DNA of 61,249 nt from a virus. Taxonomy: Duplodnaviria > Caudoviricetes. The stretch lies in the IMG/VR virus record IMGVR_UViG_3300009419_000019, positions 1 through 61,249 of that record. One strand, 5' to 3'. Under the pieces are notes generated by a model. The model was not told the DNA's origin. It was given only the letters and a program-made list of their open reading frames with translations, and did not search any database. Position numbers and translations under genes: made by a program. Position 1 is the first letter of the stretch. Each line of letters starts with the position of its first letter. Of this stretch, positions 39,051 through 48,657 are shown one piece after another.

Positions 39051-39554
39051 ATGCTGATCCCCACCGGATACAAGGTTCTCGCTGGTGCCGCTCTTGCGGC
39101 CCTTTGCGCTTTTGGCATCTGGTCTTATGGCGAGATGCGCTACGCCGATGGCCAGCAGTTCGAGAAGTCAGTCAACGACGCATTGGCCCTGACCAAGAGC
39201 GAAGACGAACGCCACCTCGAAGCCAACGTGACCACTGACAAGGATGACCGCTATGACGAATACATCGAAGCACGGGATCGTGCGATTGATGCTGCCGCTG
39301 CTGCTCACACTGAGCTTGGTCGGTTGCGCAACGACCTCGCCCGTTACCAGCGTGGAGCCAGCCAAAGCACCGGAACCCAATGCCGAGTTGATGAAGCAGC
39401 CGCGCTCGCTGAAAGCCTCGCAAGCTGCGCAGAACGACATCAAGCAGTGGCGAGAGACGCTGAACTCGACGCAGAGCAAGTGATCGGCTTGCAGCAGTAC
39501 ATCGAGACGATTGCCCCGATCTGCATCCGTGGTGTAACGCCACTTCCAAACTAA
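39051..39554 (+). CDS. Inner-membrane spanin (Rz-like)
   Basis: N-terminal TM segment, coiled periplasmic domain, QVIGLQQYI near the C-terminus. Confidence 0.85.
   Translation: MLIPTGYKVLAGAALAALCAFGIWSYGEMRYADGQQFEKSVNDALALTKSEDERHLEANVTTDKDDRYDEYIEARDRAIDAAAAAHTELGRLRNDLARYQRGASQSTGTQCRVDEAAALAESLASCAERHQAVARDAELDAEQVIGLQQYIETIAPICIRGVTPLPN
39253..39483 (+). CDS. Outer-membrane spanin lipoprotein (Rz1-like), embedded in Rz
   Basis: Signal peptide with lipobox LVGC, Pro-rich mature part, alternative frame inside Rz. Confidence 0.8.
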   Translation: MTNTSKHGIVRLMLPLLLTLSLVGCATTSPVTSVEPAKAPEPNAELMKQPRSLKASQAAQNDIKQWRETLNSTQSK

Positions 39555-39574
39555 CTTCTGAAAGGACTTACACC

Positions 39575-41194
39575 ATGCCACCCATCGGACAACGCGAGGT
39601 AACTGCGAATGGCCTGACCATGCCCAATGGTCTCGGTGATGAACAGGACGACATCAAGAACTGGCGTGCTTTGGATCAGATGATCTCGGGCACTCACCCG
39701 ACTGTTCAACTGCACAGCAACTTGAATCCGGGTGCTGCCGCTGCTGCACCCACGTTGCCCGCACCGGCACTGTTGGAGAGCTTTGATTCGACAACGGGCT
39801 TCACGGCATCCGGTGGCGCAACCATTGCACTTGACACGACCAACAAGGTGCAGGGCTCCGGTGGCCTGTCTTTGCGCGGTGGTGGCGTGTTGAACAACAA
39901 CTCCATTGCAACGAAGTCATTGGCTGTGCCGCTGCCCAAGGACGCGCTGGGCGTGGTTGCGTTCTACGTCAACAAGCGACTGCCACGGGTCACACAGAAC
40001 GCGGCCATGCGTTTCGGCGCTGGTGGCACGTACTCTGCGATGACCAACAAGGTCTCCGAAGCAAACATCGGCCTTGATTCTGAACCCGGTGGCTACTGGC
40101 AAGCCTTCCACCAGAGCGAGATTTCCGACATCCCTGTAACCATCGACGCCATTCAGGTGCGTGCGAACCATGGTGCGTCGAACTTCCCCTATGACGGTTA
40201 CCTGACCTACGACGCTCTGTACTTCAACGCCAAAGGTCGTCCAACCTGGGTCATTGGCTTTGACGACGGTGAAGACACAACACACGACATCGCCTTGCCC
40301 ATCATGCAAGCAGCGGGCTTCAAGGGCACGGTCTACATCCCAACCGCACAGATCGGCGTCTCCGACTCGATGACCTGGGATGAGGTTCGTGTCTTGCGTG
40401 ACGCTGGTTGGGCGATCTGCCTCGACGGCTCACCTGATGACGCTGAGATGACCTTGGCTGCTTCTGTGCAAGCTGCCGTGGACAACTGCAAGAGCCAGTG
40501 GGTGAAGTTGATCCAAGAGGGTTGTGCCTCTTCAGCGATGTATCACATCTGCTACCCGAACGGCACCGCACACGTTTCACCCACGCCAGTGCAGATCGCA
40601 GCCATGACGGGCAACGGCACGACGGCTGTGACGTTTGGTGCTGCGGCTGCTGTGACCAACGGCATGGAGATTTACGGTGCGGGTGTACCTGAAGGAACCG
40701 TGGTCGTCAGTGGCGGCGGTGCCAGCGTGACAGGTGTCACTCTGAACAACGTGATCCCGACTCAAACCAAACCGGCCATTGCTCAAGACACGTCGGGCAC
40801 CTTCTACATGGGCAAGCTGCCTGCTGCACTGAAGGCTGCTGGCTTCAAGTCGGCACGCCGCACGATTGGTGCTCCGGTGTTCTCGCGCTTCGGCTTCGCT
40901 GGTCGTGAGATGTACCACGCTGGTCAGGGTGTGTCGTCCATGACGTTGAACCAAGCTCTTGCACTCTTGGCTCAAGACGTGCTGCGTGGTCAGACGCGTG
41001 AGTTCTACTTCCACAAGATTCAAGAAGATCCTGTTGGTTGGACGCCTGACACGCAGAACGTGAGCATCAATATGTATCGCAGCTTCTTCGCTGGTCTCGT
41101 GGCTGCGATGAAGGCGTACACCGATGCCGGTGTTGCTGACGTTCTGACCAAGTCCCAATGGTACGAGCGCGACATCAAAGCGACGCTGCCTTGA
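39575..41194 (+). CDS. Shared-N-terminus protein with polysaccharide deacetylase (NodB/CE4-like) domain
   Basis: GFDDG, GFKGTVYI, MTWDEVRVLRDAGW, YPNG and YFH motifs. Confidence 0.75.
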   Translation: MPPIGQREVTANGLTMPNGLGDEQDDIKNWRALDQMISGTHPTVQLHSNLNPGAAAAAPTLPAPALLESFDSTTGFTASGGATIALDTTNKVQGSGGLSLRGGGVLNNNSIATKSLAVPLPKDALGVVAFYVNKRLPRVTQNAAMRFGAGGTYSAMTNKVSEANIGLDSEPGGYWQAFHQSEISDIPVTIDAIQVRANHGASNFPYDGYLTYDALYFNAKGRPTWVIGFDDGEDTTHDIALPIMQAAGFKGTVYIPTAQIGVSDSMTWDEVRVLRDAGWAICLDGSPDDAEMTLAASVQAAVDNCKSQWVKLIQEGCASSAMYHICYPNGTAHVSPTPVQIAAMTGNGTTAVTFGAAAAVTNGMEIYGAGVPEGTVVVSGGGASVTGVTLNNVIPTQTKPAIAQDTSGTFYMGKLPAALKAAGFKSARRTIGAPVFSRFGFAGREMYHAGQGVSSMTLNQALALLAQDVLRGQTREFYFHKIQEDPVGWTPDTQNVSINMYRSFFAGLVAAMKAYTDAGVADVLTKSQWYERDIKATLP

Positions 41195-41229
41195 ACTAAG
41201 TTCCACATCCAATTGAAAGGAAAACCATC

Positions 41230-42561
41230 ATGCCTCCTATCGGACAACGCGAAGTCACTGCCAACGGTTTGACCATGCCCAACGGGCTTGGCGACGAGCA
41301 GGACGACATCAAGAACTGGCGTGCCCTGGATCAGATGATCTCGGGTACTCATCCCACGGTGCAACTTCGCAGCAACTTGAATCCGGGTTCTGTTGTGACC
41401 AGCCCTTACGGTTCACGAAAGTCTGGTCGCTCAGCATTTCAGGCCCGTGTGGCACCAAGCTCGCGTGCAGCGGCCAACAGCACGATTGCCCTGGCGATCA
41501 GCCAAGCGGGCGGCTTCCGCGCATTCCGACTTGTCGTGCGCAACGCCAACACGACCGTGCCGCTGAACATCACGGCAAAAGCTGGGGTATCGGCTACAGC
41601 AACGCCATCCGGCTCAGGCATCAGCCCTGTCAACGTGACCTGGGGTCGAGACAACGCAGGCGCGTTGATCACATCCAAGACTGTCCCTGTTGGCTCCACT
41701 GCAAACATGATCGGTGGCCAAGCTGCTTCTGGCGTGGCAGTCTCAGACTGGATCGGGCTCGAAAGCATTGCCCGGACAGACGTGGTGGGCGCTGATCCGA
41801 TCTTGTACTTGCGCATCGCATCACCAGACGGACTCTTGTACGACCCGATCGACTGGACTGCTGCGCTGCCTGTTTCCACTGGCCGCGTGCTGCGCTCGTC
41901 CTTTGCAAGCGGGGTTGACAACGTGGCTTCTTGGGCCACAGCAATGGCGCTGAGTGCCGCCAACTCGAACATCCTTCCGGACGTTTGTGTCGAGTTTTTG
42001 AGCGGCGGGCGCACAGCGTCAGTGGCTGTTTTTGCTGACTCACTCGCTGCCGGTGGGGCCTCCCCGACTGTCAACTACATCTTGGCAACGCAAGCCAAGC
42101 TCGCCACTGCTGGCGTTACCGCTGGCATCGGGATGTATGCTGTCGGCGGGCAACGTCGTCAAACGACGTCGGCAAACTTGCAGGCCGTAGTAGCTCTGCA
42201 AAAGCCTGACTTTGTTGTGATGCACGATTACTCGGTCAACTCTGCGGCCGCTCCGGCCATCGCGGCAAACGAGCAGTGGACGTACCTGTGCAATGACATT
42301 GCAGCGGTCGTTGCCAATGGTGGCATCCCGATCATCGTGACCATGCACACGAATGACACCTATGCTGCGCGAACCCGTGCAGCGTTCGGAGGCATTTACC
42401 CAATCGTGGACATGGCTGCGCTGCTCTCAAATGGTGCGGGTGGCATCCAAGATCAGTATTGCGCTGACCCTGTGTCGGATCGCACCCACATCTCTGCTCT
42501 CGCGTGCGACGTGGTTGGGACAGCACTTTCGGATGTGCTCGTTTCGCTGATCCCTGCGTAA
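41230..42561 (+). CDS. Shared-N-terminus protein with SGNH/GDSL esterase domain
   Basis: FADSL (block I), AVGG, SVNS (block III), DRTH (block V). Confidence 0.7.
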   Translation: MPPIGQREVTANGLTMPNGLGDEQDDIKNWRALDQMISGTHPTVQLRSNLNPGSVVTSPYGSRKSGRSAFQARVAPSSRAAANSTIALAISQAGGFRAFRLVVRNANTTVPLNITAKAGVSATATPSGSGISPVNVTWGRDNAGALITSKTVPVGSTANMIGGQAASGVAVSDWIGLESIARTDVVGADPILYLRIASPDGLLYDPIDWTAALPVSTGRVLRSSFASGVDNVASWATAMALSAANSNILPDVCVEFLSGGRTASVAVFADSLAAGGASPTVNYILATQAKLATAGVTAGIGMYAVGGQRRQTTSANLQAVVALQKPDFVVMHDYSVNSAAAPAIAANEQWTYLCNDIAAVVANGGIPIIVTMHTNDTYAARTRAAFGGIYPIVDMAALLSNGAGGIQDQYCADPVSDRTHISALACDVVGTALSDVLVSLIPA

Positions 42562-42580
42562 CACCACAACCCACCAAAAC

Positions 42581-42604
42581 AAAAGGCCCCAAGCGGGGCC
42601 TTTC
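42581..42604. terminator. Bidirectional terminator between convergent late and early transcripts
   Basis: AAAAGGCCCC-AAGC-GGGGCCTTT. Confidence 0.85.
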
Positions 42605-42629
42605 TTCATTGCGCCTGACCGCTCAACGG

Positions 42630-42950
<321 letters not shown>

Positions 42951-42985
42951 CGCGCTTTCCTTCTTCTGGTGGTTGGGTTGTTGGT

Positions 42986-43249
42986 TTAATCGAGACCCGT
43001 TTCTGGCGGGGCTGTGCGGAAGATGTGAGCAATCGTCTCGAATGCCCTGGCCATCTCTTCGCGACGTTGCTGTGACTTCGGCAACCAGAAGGTCACAGCA
43101 CTGCGGTCGTCGTCTTCAGGTGGGTGGTGCAGGCGAGGTGACGAGTGCAAGATCAGTTGCGCAGCGTGGTAGGTGACACCCGTGTTGCTCGGCTTCTCGA
43201 CGATCTGAACTTCACTGGTGAGTTCTTGGCTGTAGACGTTGATACGCAT
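42986..43249 (-). CDS. Hypothetical protein
   Basis: MRINVYSQEL start after a GAGG RBS. Confidence 0.7.
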   Translation of the reverse strand: MRINVYSQELTSEVQIVEKPSNTGVTYHAAQLILHSSPRLHHPPEDDDRSAVTFWLPKSQQRREEMARAFETIAHIFRTAPPETGLD

Positions 43250-43257
43250 CACACACC

Positions 43258-44199
43258 TCACAGAGCTTCGTCGTCTTCAGCCGCAGCAGCCTTGGGCACG
43301 TCACCCAGGATGCTCAGCGTGACCCGCTTGCCGTCCACGGCATCGGCGTGCTCGCGTGGCACGCGAATCAAGAACACCACGTAGTCGTTGTCCTCGTGGT
43401 CTTGGTAGGGGGCATGGAAGTCAGCCACGATCTCGGCGCTGGGCTCTGGTGTGGTTTTGAGCTTCTTCTTGCCACCGTTCAAGGTCTTCTGAGTCACCTT
43501 GCCCTTGCCGGTGCTCTTGGCCACTTCTGCGGCCTCTGTGAGCTTCTTGGCAGCACCCTTGGGATCTTTCTTGATCTCGCTGATGGCCAGCGTCGCAGAG
43601 ACCTTGCCCTGCTCGACGAGCTTGCGCACAGCCGAAGGTGCTGACAGGAGACCCAGGAGGTCTTCAACGTACTTCTTGGTGTAGCCCAACTTGGCCGCGA
43701 TACCCTTCTCGTCTTGGCCAAAGCCCAGCAGACGCTTGCAGACCACAGCGATCTCAATGGGGCTCAAGGGACGACCGGAGTTGCCGGTGACCAGGGCAAC
43801 GGTGAGGTCTTCTTGTGAGGTGCCAGCGGGCTTGACGATCACCGGCAGGGCGACGATCTCGTGGCCCTCTGCGATGGCCAGTCCAGCGGCCTCGTGACGC
43901 GTGTGGCCACCCGTGATGTAGATGACGTTCTGGCCATCTTCCTTGGCCACGTAGCCTTCGAGCGGCTTGTCGCGGTAGAACCCGTTGGCGATGATCGAGT
44001 TCTTGATGTCCTGCACGTGCGCGAGGTACTCGGCGTTGCGCGTGCGGACGTTGAAGCCCTCGATCACACGGATGTTCTCGTAAGGCACCATCCAGAGGTC
44101 AGACGACGATGCGCCTGCCTCCTTCATTGCAGCTTTGACGCTGCCTGGGGCGAGGTTGTCAATCACAAGGTCTGTGGTTGGGGTTGCGGCGGTGCTCAT
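43258..44199 (-). CDS. ParB-like protein (ParB N-terminal domain plus HTH)
   Basis: GFNVR, GGHTRHEA (GxxRxxA), LSPIE, HTH GIAAKLGYTKKYVEDLL. Confidence 0.8.
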   Translation of the reverse strand: MSTAATPTTDLVIDNLAPGSVKAAMKEAGASSSDLWMVPYENIRVIEGFNVRTRNAEYLAHVQDIKNSIIANGFYRDKPLEGYVAKEDGQNVIYITGGHTRHEAAGLAIAEGHEIVALPVIVKPAGTSQEDLTVALVTGNSGRPLSPIEIAVVCKRLLGFGQDEKGIAAKLGYTKKYVEDLLGLLSAPSAVRKLVEQGKVSATLAISEIKKDPKGAAKKLTEAAEVAKSTGKGKVTQKTLNGGKKKLKTTPEPSAEIVADFHAPYQDHEDNDYVVFLIRVPREHADAVDGKRVTLSILGDVPKAAAAEDDEAL

Positions 44200-44231
44200 G
44201 GCGGAAGTTCCTTCTCAGGGTTGATGGCCGA

Positions 44232-44468
44232 TCAGATGGCCGTGGGTTGCGGTTGGCGAGAGAGGTAGCGGTGGGAGATCAGTGCATCAAGCAGTTCGTC
44301 AACCTGATCGTCAGGCAGCACCAGGGTCGAGGTCTGCGTGCCGTTGAGGCCCGGTGTGCGAACGGTGACAACGGTTTGCTTCTCGGCGTCTTCCTTCACG
44401 TTGAGGTAGCCGGGGTAGCTGCTGTTCGAGGCTTCGGTGTAGGCGAAGATGGTTTGCTCTTGGCTCAT
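44232..44468 (-). CDS. Hypothetical protein
   Basis: AGGAG RBS; operon packing. Confidence 0.7.
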   Translation of the reverse strand: MSQEQTIFAYTEASNSSYPGYLNVKEDAEKQTVVTVRTPGLNGTQTSTLVLPDDQVDELLDALISHRYLSRQPQPTAI

Positions 44469-44512
44469 GGTCTGCTCCTAAGCAGGTGTTGATGGAGTGA
44501 TCAGTGTAGTGG

Positions 44513-45049
44513 TCACACCGTGGGCAGGAAGGGCCGGATCGCAGCCATTCGCTTGCGCACAGAGACCCGATAGCGGTTGGTCTTCTCCGTGGCCGTCAGC
44601 GGTGCAATGGGCTCAGCGTGCGCCTTGGCACCGAGCATGTAGAACGGCTTGGTGTGCAGCTTGCGGCCTTCGGCAATGCGGTCGAAGTAGGCGATGTAGA
44701 CCTGCTGTGGGAACTCCCGCGATGCACTGCTCATCATGGCCAGGGTGTTGCGAGCGGTGTTCTCAACAAGCCCAAGTTCTTCAGCGATCTCGATGGCGCT
44801 GAACGCCTGAGTCGGGTGCTCACTGAGGAAGGCCATGATCGCCTCACGGGCGGTGGTCTTGCCGGTGCGCAGACGGAGCACCTCGCGCTGAGCCCGGTAC
44901 TCGGCATTGCGAAGGCTGGCGTGCTTGTCGAGCAGCTTGCCCAACTCGATGTCAGCCTTTGCGATGGCCATCTCGACTTCAGCGAGATCGGCTTGCACGC
45001 TCTTGAGACGATCAGCGGCAGGCAGCTTGAGGTACTTCTTCGTGTCCAT
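44513..45049 (-). CDS. Coiled-coil plus winged-helix DNA-binding protein
   Basis: AIMAFL...FSAIEIAEELGLVENTARNTLAMM. Confidence 0.6.
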   Translation of the reverse strand: MDTKKYLKLPAADRLKSVQADLAEVEMAIAKADIELGKLLDKHASLRNAEYRAQREVLRLRTGKTTAREAIMAFLSEHPTQAFSAIEIAEELGLVENTARNTLAMMSSASREFPQQVYIAYFDRIAEGRKLHTKPFYMLGAKAHAEPIAPLTATEKTNRYRVSVRKRMAAIRPFLPTV

Positions 45050-45051
45050 GG

Positions 45052-45357
45052 TCAGAGATCCTTGACCTCGCAGATCACGCCCAAGCCCTGTATCTGCCAG
45101 TGCTCGGGGAACGTGTCAGGGCCTTCCGATGAGAGCCGCCATGCCCATTTGTGCTTGCCGTCAACTGGTTGTGGACGACCACGCCACGCGACGGCAACAC
45201 CATCGTGCGTGAAGCGTTTGGCCTCGAAGTCGAACTCCTGTTCATCGGCACGACGGCCAACGATGCACATGGAGATGAACATCACACCGAGCACGGCACC
45301 GAGCGTCAGGCACGAGACGGCGACAAGGAGAACTTGGCTTGATGTCCACATGATCAC
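45052..45357 (-). CDS. Hypothetical membrane-anchored protein
   Basis: N-terminal hydrophobic segment; overlaps the stop of the preceding gene. Confidence 0.6.
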   Translation of the reverse strand: MIMWTSSQVLLVAVSCLTLGAVLGVMFISMCIVGRRADEQEFDFEAKRFTHDGVAVAWRGRPQPVDGKHKWAWRLSSEGPDTFPEHWQIQGLGVICEVKDL

Positions 45358-46142
45358 TCCCCTTGGTCGGCTTGCTCGTCTTCATCCAGCATGGCCACGC
45401 GACGTTGCAGCGTGTCGATGGCCTCGGTCAGATCCTTGCGGAAGTCCTTCTGGCCACGGGTGCCGGTACACAAGAGCTTCTTGGCAGCATGGCCAATGGC
45501 TTGGTCGGTGACATTGAACAGATCGAGCACCCGGTACACGTCGATCTCGTCGAGGTGTGACACGTCCTTGAAGTAATGCGCGTGCTTGCGCTGGGCGCGG
45601 AACTGCGCTTGCCGCAGAGAGATCAACGTGTCGGCGGAAGGCTCGGTGGCTTGGGCGACGGAGCAGCCTTCAGGGAACACCAAGTCAGAGACCATGCCAC
45701 CACAGTGTTGCTTAGGCAGACCGAGCGACTTGGCGATGCTTTCGAGGCTCTTGTTCACGAACTGCGCGAACGTCGTGTCTTGCTGCTCATCTTCAGCATC
45801 GAGCATGAACACATGCAGCGATGGGTGAGTCTTGGGAGACACACCGGAGAACGTCAACTTCGCAAAATGAACAAACTCTTTGTCCTTCACGTTCGTGGGC
45901 ACGTCGAACGGGCTGCGCACACCGGCACGGCAGATCCAGAACTTATCCACTTGTGACCATGCGACGTTCTTGGCCAACAAGCGATGAGCCCTCTCTGCCT
46001 TGGGGTGTGCGTGGTACAGCACCTCGACAAAGGTGTTGTCGGGATCAGTGATGGCGGGTGGCACACCGTGAAAGAACATCCAGTTGGTCAGGACGTAGAC
46101 TTCGGGGTGCTCACTGTGATTGAATTGTGTTCCTTGGGTCAT
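45354..46142 (-). CDS. Hypothetical protein with C-terminal DUF3310-like domain
   Basis: HYFKDV...IDVYRVL.LF.V....GHAAKKLL..G.RG.KD..KDL.EA. Confidence 0.6.
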   Translation of the reverse strand: MTQGTQFNHSEHPEVYVLTNWMFFHGVPPAITDPDNTFVEVLYHAHPKAERAHRLLAKNVAWSQVDKFWICRAGVRSPFDVPTNVKDKEFVHFAKLTFSGVSPKTHPSLHVFMLDAEDEQQDTTFAQFVNKSLESIAKSLGLPKQHCGGMVSDLVFPEGCSVAQATEPSADTLISLRQAQFRAQRKHAHYFKDVSHLDEIDVYRVLDLFNVTDQAIGHAAKKLLCTGTRGQKDFRKDLTEAIDTLQRRVAMLDEDEQADQGE

Positions 46143-46216
46143 CTCATCTCTCCTGTTGTGTTGGCGCGATCTTAAATCAGAATCAACCAAATGTGGAAGT
46201 AACTTCCAAAGAAAAT

Positions 46217-46471
46217 TCAGAGTTCTTCGTCTTCTAGGATCACCTTGTTGGCTTGAAGCAGCACCACGCTGTAGATCAACTTCTGTTCGAGCTTCTCACC
46301 TGGGTACAGGCTTTCGTAAGCTCGATTCAACGTAGCGTCATCTTTGGCCATGATGGCGAACTCTTCGAACTCATGGGTGCTGATCGAGACCGCACGAGCG
46401 AACACGCCGAGTGTGCTGTCACCAACGATCCCGCTCACGTTCTCACGCAGCATTCTCTTCTTGAGGCTCAT
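46217..46471 (-). CDS. Hypothetical protein
   Basis: ATGA overlap with the upstream gene. Confidence 0.65.
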   Translation of the reverse strand: MSLKKRMLRENVSGIVGDSTLGVFARAVSISTHEFEEFAIMAKDDATLNRAYESLYPGEKLEQKLIYSVVLLQANKVILEDEEL

Positions 46472-46725
46472 AGCTCACTTTCGAAGTCAAGGTGTTTGGG
46501 GTTGGCCATGGCGACGTCCATCATCTTGGCCGGGTCGAGCACGCACCGCTCGCTCATGCTCGTGGCCAGTTGATCGACCACGTACTGCACGTCGCTGTCC
46601 ACCCTGGCCATGATGATGACCTCGGTGCCATCGCGCAGCCGCACAGCCGCAGCACGACCCCGGTAGGCCATGCTCTTGCCGTTAGCAAGTAGCTCGCGCT
46701 TGAGGGTCTTGATCCGGTTGGACAT
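46468..46725 (-). CDS. Hypothetical protein
   Basis: Operon packing and codon usage. Confidence 0.65.
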   Translation of the reverse strand: MSNRIKTLKRELLANGKSMAYRGRAAAVRLRDGTEVIIMARVDSDVQYVVDQLATSMSERCVLDPAKMMDVAMANPKHLDFESEL

Positions 46726-46834
46726 GAGGTTTGTCTTTCTGTGGGATGGGCTCAGCACGCACACGCTCGGCATACGTGAAGCCGGTGTAGACGCCGAACA
46801 GGAACACGGTGGTGAGGAAGAGTGGCTTCAGCAT
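46682..46834 (-). CDS. Small membrane protein (50 aa, MLKPLFLTT...)
   Basis: AGGAG RBS; translated by hand, not in the ORF track. Confidence 0.5.
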   Translation of the reverse strand: MLKPLFLTTVFLFGVYTGFTYAERVRAEPIPQKDKPHVQPDQDPQARATC

Positions 46835-47268
46835 GGGTGGTTCTCCTGGGCGGTGGCGGGCCAGATGTCATCAAGGATGGCCTCGATAACGTGAGTCTTG
46901 ACTTCTGAGCGTTCCCAGGCACCACCCCGCCCCCAACGCCCAGGGTTGATGTCGCTGATACAGCGATTGGTCAACGAGTAGCTGTATTGCCAGCGAGGGC
47001 TCTCGCGGTACTCCAACTCGCCGTTGCTCAAGCGGCCACGGTCGAGCACGCGCTCGCGGTACAGACGGAGGGCGACGGCGCGCAGAACTCGCTGCATCGC
47101 AGGCGTAGAGCTTGGCTCCCAGCCGGCGTCTTTGCAGATGTCGTTCATGAACTCGAACGGGTCATCCATGCAGCAGAACTCGATTGTTGGGAGGCTCGTC
47201 TGCGTCCAGTTCTCAGCCAGGGCGGTAATCATGGCTCTGGCAATTCGGCGGTCACGAAGTTCGGCCAT
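46828..47268 (-). CDS. Hypothetical protein
   Basis: GGAG RBS, 146-aa ORF. Confidence 0.65.
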   Translation of the reverse strand: MAELRDRRIARAMITALAENWTQTSLPTIEFCCMDDPFEFMNDICKDAGWEPSSTPAMQRVLRAVALRLYRERVLDRGRLSNGELEYRESPRWQYSYSLTNRCISDINPGRWGRGGAWERSEVKTHVIEAILDDIWPATAQENHPC

Positions 47269-47334
47269 ATCAGCGGCTCCCTTCTACCTGAACGCCTTGG
47301 TTGGACTCCTGGGCGGTGGTGAGGAAGAGTGGCT

Positions 47335-47514
47335 TCAGCATTGCTCGGGTTCTTTCTGTGGCTTGGGGGTGAACGATGGGCAACTCTCACCCTTGGCTTC
47401 TGGCAAGCAGTACCAGGGGTCATCGACCTCCGGTGGCACGGGCTCACTGCGCTTGCAGGTTGCACACACGGGAGCACCGTTGCCCATGCAGTAGGTGAAG
47501 TGGGGGTTGTTCAT
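47335..47514 (-). CDS. Small Cys-rich protein
   Basis: C..G....CATC.R pattern; ATGA overlap. Confidence 0.55.
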   Translation of the reverse strand: MNNPHFTYCMGNGAPVCATCKRSEPVPPEVDDPWYCLPEAKGESCPSFTPKPQKEPEQC

Positions 47515-48068
47515 GCTGCACCGCCTTGCGCAGCTTTCATCACTGCTTGCACGATGCACACGGCTTGGTCTTCGGTGTTCTCACCGTTGGCGAAGTTGCG
47601 CAGGGCTTCGTCCACCTCTGGCACCTCGGAGATGCGTAGGGCCTCGTCCCAGGTGGGTGCGGCGGGTGCTGCTACTGTGTCACGTGGCTTTTGTTCGGCT
47701 TTAGAGCGAACACGCTCACGTAAACGCGCCTCGATGCACTGGTTCAGTTGTGCGTTGTCTCCGGCTACGCCGCAGTTCCACCCAAACTTTGCGCCAGAAA
47801 TCCATGCGCTGTCGTAAAGGCGGTCGGCAACGTCATCTGCCGATGCCCCCACAGACTGCGCGGGTGCTGGGCGCAGTGCCCACAGGCGGCGCTCGATGAT
47901 CCCGGCGATGGCCTTGGTTCGGCGCTCATCGCCCATCGCATGAATGTCGTCAGAGCCTTCCATGCCGATCCAGCCACTCACCATGCCAGCCACGTACTCG
48001 CACCACTTGGACTGCTCATCAGACACAGGCGCGGCGGGTGCCTCGCGCAGTTGGTTCTCGTTGCTCAT
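47511..48068 (-). CDS. Hypothetical protein (mosaic early-region type)
   Basis: ATGA overlaps at both ends. Confidence 0.65.
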   Translation of the reverse strand: MSNENQLREAPAAPVSDEQSKWCEYVAGMVSGWIGMEGSDDIHAMGDERRTKAIAGIIERRLWALRPAPAQSVGASADDVADRLYDSAWISGAKFGWNCGVAGDNAQLNQCIEARLRERVRSKAEQKPRDTVAAPAAPTWDEALRISEVPEVDEALRNFANGENTEDQAVCIVQAVMKAAQGGAA

Positions 48069-48244
48069 CGTCTGCCCTTCTGCACCTTGCGTGCGTTCTG
48101 CTTGTGCGTGCTGTGGGCACGACGAGTCTTGGTTGCTTTGGTGTTGCTGGGCTTAGCTGGCCAGTAGTTACCGTGTGCCAGATCACCCACGGCACCAGCA
48201 CTCATGGCCAGTGCGCTTGCCATCAGGCTCATTGTTCGGTTCAT
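48065..48244 (-). CDS. Small basic hypothetical protein
   Basis: Coupled to both neighbours. Confidence 0.55.
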   Translation of the reverse strand: MNRTMSLMASALAMSAGAVGDLAHGNYWPAKPSNTKATKTRRAHSTHKQNARKVQKGRR

Positions 48245-48657
48245 CACGGTTGTTCCCCCTTTGGCTCTTGCTTGGTGTCCCATTGCGGATCACCTTGCAG
48301 GCGCCAGAAGTCTTCGTAGGTGGTCTCGATCCAGTCATCACCTTCACCGATCTCACGCTTGACGTAACGCATCGTGGCGGCGTTCTTCTGTTTCTCCTGA
48401 TGGTGCTTGTGGGTCTCGATGGCCTGATGCACATCACGAGATGCCAGCACAAGCACAACATCGGTGTCGCCCTTGCTCTTGAAGAACTCAAAGAGTCCGC
48501 TGTTCTGTACGTCGGCCACGTACATCTGGCTACCGTTGGCACCGCCACGCAGATGCTTGATCGGCCCGAGTTCACCCATGACGCACATGCCAGGGAACTC
48601 GACGCCTTCGACGGTCACGGTGTAGATCGTCTGTTCGTGTTTGAGAGTTGCTTTCAC
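48244..48657 (-). CDS. Hypothetical protein
   Basis: GTGA overlap with the upstream gene. Confidence 0.65.
   Translation of the reverse strand: MKATLKHEQTIYTVTVEGVEFPGMCVMGELGPIKHLRGGANGSQMYVADVQNSGLFEFFKSKGDTDVVLVLASRDVHQAIETHKHHQEKQKNAATMRYVKREIGEGDDWIETTYEDFWRLQGDPQWDTKQEPKGEQP

Noticed and set aside
39575-41390. Invertible shufflon or diversity-generating retroelement acting on the duplicated N-termini
   Set aside because: Copies are direct, differ at synonymous positions rather than adenines, and no reverse transcriptase or inverted crossover sites were found
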